IMG/VR virus record: IMGVR_UViG_3300017783_000021
Location: 1-58,262 of that record
Direction: 5' to 3' (one strand)
From: a virus
Lineage: Duplodnaviria > Caudoviricetes
Length of the DNA stretch: 58,262 bases
This document shows, piece by piece, positions 1-7,020 of this stretch. Positions within the stretch are counted from its first letter, which is position 1. Every line of letters begins with the position of its first letter. The notes beneath the pieces were generated by a model that saw only the letters and a program-made list of their open reading frames with translations, searched no databases and was not told the DNA's origin. Both the position numbers and the translations under genes were made by a program.

Positions 1-14
1 AAGACGAACTAATA

Positions 15-719
15 ATGCGTACACCAGACGCACTTATGAATGGTGAGAGTATATATGCCTGTGTTAAAAACTGTATTCCAATGATTGACGACCCATGGGA
101 AATTCCATTAATTGATTTAGATGCTGTGTTAGTTGCTATTCGTATTGCAACATATGGCGAAAAAATGAAAATGACAGTTAAAGTTCCAAACGTTGAAGAT
201 GAAGAACTAGATGTCGAAATTGATTTGGTTAACATTCTTGACAGTTTTAGAGGAAAAGTATGGGATCCAATTATCAAGTTTAATGATTTAAAATTGCACA
301 GTGCTCCGTTAAAATTCAAAGACCAAAACTTATACGAACAACAAAACTTTGAAACAAATCAATTTATTGCTATGATGCGTGATAATACTAAACCTCTAGA
401 AGAACGCAAACAAGAAATGTCTAAGGTGTTTGATGCTATCAGTGAAACAAACATTGATCTAGTTACTAATCAAATCAAAGCAATCGAATTGCCAGACGGA
501 AACATTGAGTACAATAATATTGCAATTAAAGAGTTTTTAAATAGTTTACCTGTAAAAGATTTTGAGATTGTTAGATCAGCATTAACAGAACGTCGAAAAC
601 TATTTGAATTACCAAAAACAAATGTTGCGGTGCCAGCCGCGATGCAAGAACAGGGAGCACCGGAAAGTTTTGAACTTCCTCTAGTGTTTAATCAATCAAG
701 TTTTTTCGCTTTGAAGTAA
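15..719 (+). CDS. Baseplate hub assembly protein, T4 gp26-like (5'-truncated by window edge)
   Basis: DLDAVLVAIRIATYGE resembles the gp26 family; ends ...SSFF like gp26 homologues; frame is open back to the window start. Confidence 0.7.
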   Translation: MRTPDALMNGESIYACVKNCIPMIDDPWEIPLIDLDAVLVAIRIATYGEKMKMTVKVPNVEDEELDVEIDLVNILDSFRGKVWDPIIKFNDLKLHSAPLKFKDQNLYEQQNFETNQFIAMMRDNTKPLEERKQEMSKVFDAISETNIDLVTNQIKAIELPDGNIEYNNIAIKEFLNSLPVKDFEIVRSALTERRKLFELPKTNVAVPAAMQEQGAPESFELPLVFNQSSFFALK

Positions 720-940
720 GACAATGTCAATCGCCTGACGAAATTACCGCTTTACTAAAACGTTACGAAAAAGAATACGAAGCAATCGAAAAAGATATAA
801 TCGAACTTACATGGTATATGCGTGGCGGTGTGTCCGTAGACGAATCATATAACCTTAGTCCTAGTCAACGCAAAGTTTGTCACGATCTAATCAAACAAAA
901 CATCGAACTATCAAAAAAATCAGGTAATAACTTATTATAA
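701..940 (+). CDS. gp51-like baseplate hub/tail assembly chaperone segment, probably translated via -1 frameshift from the upstream gene
   Basis: Frame open 692-940 (FFRFEVRQCQSPDEITALLKRYEKEYEAIEKDIIELTWYMRGGVSVDESYNLSPSQRKVCHDLIKQNIELSKKSGNNLL*); first in-frame ATG only at 818; slippery T TTT TTC at 701-707. Confidence 0.6.
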   Translation, partial: FFRFEVRQCQSPDEITALLKRYEKEYEAIEKDIIELTWYMRGGVSVDESYNLSPSQRKVCHDLIKQNIELSKKSGNNLL

Positions 941-944
941 AGTG

Positions 945-1456
945 TGTTAGTAGATGAACTACGTTCATCTGTGTTATCGCTTTCGCTCAAACACATTTAT
1001 TTCTTTATATGAAAAGATAATTGCGATAGCAATTTAGCATCATGTAGATTGTTTCAGTCAGACGGAACCTACTAAATGGTTCCATCTAATCTTGAACATC
1101 ATGTGAGTTCGTCACAGCCAAGACTTGGAAGTAGGTTGTTTGTTTATACACCTGTTTGTGGGGCTCTAACCTTTCCCCTACCTACGTCGACATCACGTAA
1201 AATTCTGTTTTACAAATCGCTTTGCTACCGCAAGCCGCTTCGCGGCCTCTTACGCTACCTCCCGCCTCGTTCCGTTGCGTGGAGTTTTTTCAAACACAGT
1301 GTTTTCGACTGACAGTATTCAATCTACGTTAACCAGTGGCCCAATTCTTTTGATGGCTTACCTCACAGTGGTGGTCGATCAACGTGTACGAGTGTGATTA
1401 TCACATCACCTTTTTCTCAGCGGTATTATAAACTGGCCCGCCAACCTTGTGTACTG
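945..1456 (-). ncRNA. Putative large structured non-coding RNA / structured ssDNA element (family not recognised)
   Basis: Largest intergenic gap; 59/120 G+C at 1201-1320 against an AT-rich background; long-range helices 1044-1051/1320-1327 and 1054-1059/1307-1312; nested hairpins; G-U wobbles that work only on the minus strand. Confidence 0.6.
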
Positions 1457-1888
1457 TTATATTGCCTTTAAATTTTGAAGTGCTTCTTTGAGAATCTTTG
1501 AACTGCCAACTCTAACATTAATAATTCCATTGTAATACTCATCCGTCTCTAACACACGGCGTTCAAATTGTTCTCTAGCCTCTAAGTAACTCATTAAGCC
1601 TCTGCTGTTGCAATAATAAAGTATTTCTCTTGTGAAATTTTCCGCGCCTAGTTGTTGCACATCCGCATTCAAATGATCCGAGGAACCCCAATAGTCCTTC
1701 CAATCTGATTCTACTTTACTTCTGCGTTTATTTTTCTTGCCTTTGAGTGGTGGGCGTGTTTTTTTAAATTTTGCGAGTTTTTTGCCTATATATTTGCGAT
1801 TGTTGGTAGTGTTAGTAATAAGGTATACAAATCCTTCACAGTCTTCTGGAAGATTTTGTACTTTTTTGCCTTGATAAGTCCACTCCAT
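1457..1888 (-). CDS. GIY-YIG family endonuclease (single domain)
   Basis: GFVYLITN...KYIGKK; YWGSS; conserved E (YLEAREQ) and YN (YYNG). Confidence 0.85.
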   Translation of the reverse strand: MEWTYQGKKVQNLPEDCEGFVYLITNTTNNRKYIGKKLAKFKKTRPPLKGKKNKRRSKVESDWKDYWGSSDHLNADVQQLGAENFTREILYYCNSRGLMSYLEAREQFERRVLETDEYYNGIINVRVGSSKILKEALQNLKAI

Positions 1889-1893
1889 GCAGA

Positions 1894-1899
1894 TACTTA
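1894..1899 (-). promoter_or_regulatory. Late-promoter-like box (TAAGTA variant) 5 nt before GIY-YIG ATG
   Basis: Same box-to-ATG spacing as the TAAATA boxes at 12119, 12594 and 37945. Confidence 0.4.
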
Positions 1900-1906
1900 C
1901 CTGTGC

Positions 1907-2137
1907 CTAATCTTGAGTGTCTTGATTCTGAATTGCCTTCTTCTTTGCCTTTAAGTTTTTACGCCTGTCTTGTATTTCATAACGCCTTTGTGTGCATAAT
2001 TTTCTAATATCACTTAGAATAGAACGCAGTTTTCTTCCGTTTTCGTCAAAGCCTTTAGCCTCCCAACGTTCATTTGTGTTATAATAATCCATAATTGCTT
2101 GGATCAACACTTCGTGTGTTGTAGGTTTATCAGCCAT
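1907..2137 (-). CDS. Small basic helical protein (possibly Hc1-like DNA-binding)
   Basis: 76 aa, basic C-terminus, overlaps the gp46 stop; family is a weak guess. Confidence 0.55.
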   Translation of the reverse strand: MADKPTTHEVLIQAIMDYYNTNERWEAKGFDENGRKLRSILSDIRKLCTQRRYEIQDRRKNLKAKKKAIQNQDTQD

Positions 2138-3911
2138 TGACTACCTCTGTGTCATTTTCATAACTTGTAAAACCGTTTTCTTTTATTACTTTTAGTATGT
2201 TGTTAACTCTTGCACTTAATTCTTCCTTGTGCGATATTAGATAGATGTTTTTGTTTCTTTCACGTGCCATCTTTTTAAGAATACCAATCGAACTTTCAAC
2301 ACCAGCAGTATCCATTCCGCTATCAATCAACTCATCAATAAACAATAGGTTAATGCTTTGGTATAAACTTTCCCACACATCACGGAAACTCCAACTCATA
2401 GATAAAATAAGTCTATTTCGTTCACCTCTACTAAGGTTATCAAAGTCTAAGTCACGTCCTAGTTCTGTAATTTCTACTGTTAAATCATTTAAAAACTTAA
2501 CTTGATGTGGCAATCCTGTTTTTTCTAAGTAATATGCTAGACGTTTGTTTAGCACAGCCAAGTTTTGATCAATAATACGTTTACGTATAAAGGAATCTTT
2601 GCTTGTAAGTAGTTTATACAAGAAATCCATATGTGCTTTTATATTCTGTAGTTCGTTCATATGATCCCAAGACACATCTTTTATTGCTGTCTTTCTAAGT
2701 TCTTCCATCTGCTCTGTGTAAGGATTTACATCTTCATCTTTTTCTTTTTTTCTGTCTTCGAGGGTAGCAAGATTATTTCTATGATTAAATGCTTCTTCGG
2801 CAGTTTCGTAAAATGTTTTAGGCCTGCTATCTATTTCTCCTATATCTTCAATTTTTGTATTGCAGTCATTAAGTTGTAGTGTAACTCCGTCAATATATGT
2901 TTGACTTTCACTAACATCATTTTCTTTTTCTTTTAATAATTGTTCATGTGAACCATCATGTAGATCTTGTCCACATGTAAAACACTTTTTACTTTGAATA
3001 TCTTTTAGTTCTTGTTCATATTTTTTGTGTTGTCGATCAGCACGTTGTAATGATGCTTCTAAACTTGCTTTTTCTTTTGTTAAATTTGTAAGTTCTGTAT
3101 TTTTTGTTTCCCAATCACTTAACTTATTAAATGATTCTATCTCAGCATCAATATCAACTTGAATGAGTTGCATAATTGCTTTGCTTAATCGCGAAATTTC
3201 TTCTGCCTGAGAGGCGTCCCAAGCCTTGCTTTTAATTTCAAGGGCATTAATAGATTCTTGCACAGCCTTGTTTGCACTTTCGATACCATTAATACGAGCA
3301 TCTTCTTCAGTAATACTGTCACGAATACCTTTTTGTTGCTCCTTGAGATGTTCTGCCTTCTCAGATAGAATGGTGATACCTAATAACTGTTCAATAATTT
3401 CGCGTTGGGCGTTATTACTGAGAGATAGGAAAGGCTCTGTGTAAGTATTAAGTGCCACCAGGTGTTTGAACATGCCGTGACTCATGTTCAAAAGACGTTC
3501 TATATCTTGCTGTGTTTTACGACTATCGCCTTGCGATTCGTCAATGTCGTCAGCAGTTGAATCTACGTCATTAATATAAAATTTTAATACATTCTTTTTT
3601 CTTCCACGTTCAATTCTATATGAACGACCTTCTTTTTCAAATTCAACAGTAACTAACATATCCTTACCGTTAGTTTTGTTAATTAAATTTTCTTTACGTA
3701 TTTTAGTAAGTGCTTCACCGTATAATGCATAACTTAACGCATTAATAATTGTAGTTTTACCTGTACCGTTACGTGATCCTGCATCATCACCACCTAGGTC
3801 CATGTTTTCGCCAAGGACTAGTGTTAGAAAGTTTTTATCAAAACCTACTGCTTGTGTTGTATTTCCAACACTCATAAAGTTTTTAACTGTTAAAGTCTTA
3901 ATTTTAAACAT
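2130..3911 (-). CDS. gp46: Recombination endonuclease ATPase subunit (gp46/SbcC/Rad50)
   Basis: Walker A NGTGKT, coiled coil with CFTC zinc hook, LSRGE signature, Walker B LFIDE, ISH H-loop. Confidence 0.95.
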   Translation of the reverse strand: MFKIKTLTVKNFMSVGNTTQAVGFDKNFLTLVLGENMDLGGDDAGSRNGTGKTTIINALSYALYGEALTKIRKENLINKTNGKDMLVTVEFEKEGRSYRIERGRKKNVLKFYINDVDSTADDIDESQGDSRKTQQDIERLLNMSHGMFKHLVALNTYTEPFLSLSNNAQREIIEQLLGITILSEKAEHLKEQQKGIRDSITEEDARINGIESANKAVQESINALEIKSKAWDASQAEEISRLSKAIMQLIQVDIDAEIESFNKLSDWETKNTELTNLTKEKASLEASLQRADRQHKKYEQELKDIQSKKCFTCGQDLHDGSHEQLLKEKENDVSESQTYIDGVTLQLNDCNTKIEDIGEIDSRPKTFYETAEEAFNHRNNLATLEDRKKEKDEDVNPYTEQMEELRKTAIKDVSWDHMNELQNIKAHMDFLYKLLTSKDSFIRKRIIDQNLAVLNKRLAYYLEKTGLPHQVKFLNDLTVEITELGRDLDFDNLSRGERNRLILSMSWSFRDVWESLYQSINLLFIDELIDSGMDTAGVESSIGILKKMARERNKNIYLISHKEELSARVNNILKVIKENGFTSYENDTEVVNG

Positions 3912-4936
3912 TATAAATTCCTATAGATATCTAAAAGTGTATTTGGTCTGTATTGTTCGCTTTGAATCTTTGTAATCTGATCAGTTACAATTTGATCAAC
4001 ACTTTCAAACTCTATTTCTCCTCTTTCAAGTGTTAGTGCTTCGTCGTTTTCTTCTGTATTAGGTAGTAAACTAATTTCTCTAACATCATATTGTGCAGAA
4101 AAGTTTTCTTTAATAAAGTTAGCCTCTTCGTACGAGATATCGATATCCAATGTTACACGTAGATACAAGTTACTAGGTGTAAGAATATTTTCTGTGTTAT
4201 CTAATAGTTGTGATAATTTAACTGTTCGATACTTAGGGCAATCTTTCCAATCAACGTATTGTGGTTGACCACCCCACTCTAGTATCATCATTCCTCGTTC
4301 GTCGTCCCATGCATCGGCATAATTGTGCGGAAAGGCATTGCCGATATAATGTATATTATTTTGCACTTGACGTTTATGGAAATGACCACTAAAAACTAAT
4401 TCTTGACTTTTAAAGTCTGCGGCTTTAACTTCTCCTGTGTCAGGCATTTCAACCATAGCATTCATTTTAAAATGAGGAAGTTCAAAATGACCAAACATAT
4501 ATTTGCATTTCATTTTAACAACTTTTTTCCATTCTTCGCCTACTAGCCACGGAACCAATGCAACATTTCCTACTACTTCGGGTTCTGTAACTACTGTTAC
4601 TCCGGGTACGTGTTTTCCAAAAACCACACTATGAATATCTCGTTTGTCTTTGTAATATAAATCATGGTTGCCTGGAAAGAAATAAAATTCTTTAAATGCT
4701 TTACCTAATTTTTCTAGACACCTTAGACTAGTATCCATAGTCGTAAGATTTAAGGCACTTCTGTTATGGTGCCAATCTCCGCTAAAAATACCTACGTCAC
4801 AATTTTGTGATTTTGCTTCACTGATATACCAATCAACAAATCTTTCACAGTCGTCATTGTGAATTTTACTATTTGATTTTAAACCAAAATGAATGTCTGT
4901 AAATACAGCCGCTTTTTTAAACAGTTGTTCTGTCAT
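3911..4936 (-). CDS. gp47: Recombination endonuclease nuclease subunit (gp47/SbcD/Mre11)
   Basis: Metallophosphoesterase motifs DIHFG, GDWHH, GNHD, GHFH; coupled to gp46. Confidence 0.95.
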   Translation of the reverse strand: MTEQLFKKAAVFTDIHFGLKSNSKIHNDDCERFVDWYISEAKSQNCDVGIFSGDWHHNRSALNLTTMDTSLRCLEKLGKAFKEFYFFPGNHDLYYKDKRDIHSVVFGKHVPGVTVVTEPEVVGNVALVPWLVGEEWKKVVKMKCKYMFGHFELPHFKMNAMVEMPDTGEVKAADFKSQELVFSGHFHKRQVQNNIHYIGNAFPHNYADAWDDERGMMILEWGGQPQYVDWKDCPKYRTVKLSQLLDNTENILTPSNLYLRVTLDIDISYEEANFIKENFSAQYDVREISLLPNTEENDEALTLERGEIEFESVDQIVTDQITKIQSEQYRPNTLLDIYRNL

Positions 4937-4962
4937 GCCTTTTCCTATTATAGTTCTTTACT

Positions 4963-4991
4963 AGTATACGTGAAACAGTTGTTGTTGTCAA
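4963..4991 (-). promoter_or_regulatory. Sigma70-type promoter for gp47-gp46
   Basis: Minus strand TTGACA-N17-TATACT. Confidence 0.75.
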
Positions 4992-4992
4992 C

Positions 4993-5844
4993 CTAATAGT
5001 CTGCCTTTGGGCGTATCATGTTCTTGTAAAATTCTGCCAATTTTTCTTTGTCTTCTTTGAACACTTCTTGATTCTGTCTAGTAAACGAAGGATTTAATCC
5101 GTTGTCTTGCAAGATATCATCTCGAATGTTTTGATTTTTCTTTTCAATGTTTAAAACTCTTGTAAATGAATTTGTAACAGCCGCAGTGTAATAAGCAAAC
5201 GGATTTAAACTTTTTGACTCGTCAAACTGTAAACCAATTTGCGAAAGTTGTAAAACAGCCTGTGCTCTCATCTCGTCATTGTAAGTATATCCACGCCAGT
5301 TTGAACGTGTACCATATCTGTCAGCAAGTTTTAAAAACATGCGTCCTAAGTCCTCAGTCATACGTCCATGACCTTTGTTAAAATGCCCGTTATGAATACC
5401 ACCTTCCCAGTGGCTTTTTCCTACACAAATTAATTCATCTTTATCATTAAATTTCCAATGCTGGAAAGGTGGAAAATTTACCTTTGTATGTTCGTCAGCC
5501 ACAGTTTTTGTTTTTCGTTTACGTCCTGGCTCTAACGGAACATGATCAAACGTCATAATCCTAAAGATTAAGTTTGTTTTTTCAATTTTTTTCCAATCAG
5601 GCAGTACTTCGGCTTGTTTAACTTTTTTCTTGGCCGCCTTTGCTTCTTCGTATAGTCTTTTACCTATTCGATCTGCTTGATTGCGTTTTGCTTGTGCTAT
5701 GCTTAATCTATTAACTTTTTCTAAACTTGGCAGTATAATATCATACTGTGCATCTTCGTCGTCTACAAAACTACAGTAAGTTGCCTTACTTTTGTGAATT
5801 TCCGCTAATAGATCCTTATTTGTTAAGTATTTCGTTCTTTTCAT
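4993..5844 (-). CDS. gp55: Late-transcription sigma factor, T4 gp55-like
   Basis: YLTNKDLLAEI N-terminus; NWRGYTYNDEM...QFDESKSLNPFAYYT; conserved 55-47-46 order. Confidence 0.85.
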   Translation of the reverse strand: MKRTKYLTNKDLLAEIHKSKATYCSFVDDEDAQYDIILPSLEKVNRLSIAQAKRNQADRIGKRLYEEAKAAKKKVKQAEVLPDWKKIEKTNLIFRIMTFDHVPLEPGRKRKTKTVADEHTKVNFPPFQHWKFNDKDELICVGKSHWEGGIHNGHFNKGHGRMTEDLGRMFLKLADRYGTRSNWRGYTYNDEMRAQAVLQLSQIGLQFDESKSLNPFAYYTAAVTNSFTRVLNIEKKNQNIRDDILQDNGLNPSFTRQNQEVFKEDKEKLAEFYKNMIRPKADY

Positions 5845-5867
5845 ATGAATCTCCGATTAATATAAGT

Positions 5868-5896
5868 ATTATAAACTACGTAGTTAAAAAAAGCAA
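5868..5896 (-). promoter_or_regulatory. Sigma70-type promoter of the gp55-like gene with a palindrome in its spacer
   Basis: Minus strand TTGCTT-N17-TATAAT; AACTACGTAGTT at 5874-5885; GGAG RBS before ATG. Confidence 0.6.
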
Positions 5897-5908
5897 TAAA
5901 TATTGTTA
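5871..5908 (+). promoter_or_regulatory. Late promoter element copy 1 (AACTACG-N16-TAAATA)
   Basis: ATAAACTACGTAGTTAAAAAAAGCAATAAATATTGTTA, near-identical to 12568-12605; TAAATA matches the core of the T4 late TATAAATA box. Confidence 0.7.
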
Positions 5909-5927
5909 ACAAAAGGAGCCAAAATAT

Positions 5928-6725
5928 ATGAGTACTAATCCAAACAGTTTCGTAGATAAAATAGGAAGTTTCGGAGAAAGGTTTGCTAAAGGAGCCGCAC
6001 AGGCTACTGGCATCGGCCAAAATCCGGGTGCTGTAAGAGGGTTAGGAAAAATTATTGGCCAAAAGAATTTAGAACGCTTGGGACTTGATTTAGCACCAGG
6101 CGGTGGTGCACAATACCAGTCTCCACCGTCAACGCATTTAGCACTAATAGATAGTCGAGTTAAAATCAAAATTTCTCCAGAATACTTACAAGGACCAGCA
6201 AGTGCATTAAGCAGTCTTGGTGGAGTTGTGTTTCCTTACACACCTCAAATAGTTGTAACCACTAGAGCCAATTACGAACCTATTCATCCTACACATAGTA
6301 ATTATCAGTTTCAAGCATACCGCAACTCACAACTGGATGCATTAAGTATTGTAGGAACATTTACATGTCAAAATGTTGGTGAAGCAAAAATGCTTTTAGG
6401 TAGCATACATGCATTAAGAACAATTACTAAGATGCATTTTGGTAGCGGTCAAAATGTAGGTGCACCTCCACCGGTAGTAAGACTATCAGGATACGGTGAA
6501 TATAATTTTAATGATATGCCAGTAGTAGTTGGAAACTTCTTCTATACACTCAATGAAGATGTTGACTATATTGATGTTGCGACCACTGAAGGTGCTAAAA
6601 CTACAGTACCTACAAGAGCAGAGTTTACAGTTGAATGTTTACCAGCGTTTTCAAGAAGGGATCAAGCATCGTTTTCTTTGGAAGGTTACGCTAAAGGTGA
6701 TATGAGATTCCAAGGAATGATATAA
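5928..6725 (+). CDS. Baseplate/tail-tube junction protein (gp48/gp54-like)
   Basis: VFPYTPQI...GAPPPVVRLSGYG tube-like fold; first gene of the baseplate cluster; AGGAG RBS. Confidence 0.6.
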   Translation: MSTNPNSFVDKIGSFGERFAKGAAQATGIGQNPGAVRGLGKIIGQKNLERLGLDLAPGGGAQYQSPPSTHLALIDSRVKIKISPEYLQGPASALSSLGGVVFPYTPQIVVTTRANYEPIHPTHSNYQFQAYRNSQLDALSIVGTFTCQNVGEAKMLLGSIHALRTITKMHFGSGQNVGAPPPVVRLSGYGEYNFNDMPVVVGNFFYTLNEDVDYIDVATTEGAKTTVPTRAEFTVECLPAFSRRDQASFSLEGYAKGDMRFQGMI

Positions 6726-7018
6726 TGTATAAAAGTTCAAGTTTATATGGTACAACACAGTTAACTGAAAATGGTCTAGATATTTTAGACTATAGAAAAA
6801 TACCAGAAATTGTAAGTGATGTACCTTACTTAATAAAACCACAATACAATTATAGACCAGATTTACTAGCAAGTGATTTGTATGAAGATCCAAATCTTTG
6901 GTGGGTATTTAAAAGTAGAAATCCAAACGAACTAGAAGATCCTATATTTGATTTTGTTGCAGGAGTTGAGATTAAAATTCCAAATATCGAAACCATTAGA
7001 CGTGTAGTTGGGGCCTAA
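6725..7018 (+). CDS. gp53: Baseplate wedge subunit, gp53-like (LysM-like)
   Basis: YRPDLLASDLYEDPNLWWVF...IKIP motif. Confidence 0.8.
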   Translation: MYKSSSLYGTTQLTENGLDILDYRKIPEIVSDVPYLIKPQYNYRPDLLASDLYEDPNLWWVFKSRNPNELEDPIFDFVAGVEIKIPNIETIRRVVGA

Positions 7019-7020
7019 CT

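Noticed and set aside
1076-1312. 78-aa plus-strand ORF in the intergenic element
   Set aside because: No RBS, atypical composition; better explained as a chance ORF antisense to a structured element
945-1456. Group I/II intron, tmRNA, RNase P, retron or CRISPR/guide array as identity of the element
   Set aside because: No interrupted gene, no recognisable catalytic-core or tRNA-like motifs, no reverse transcriptase in the window and no direct-repeat/spacer periodicity
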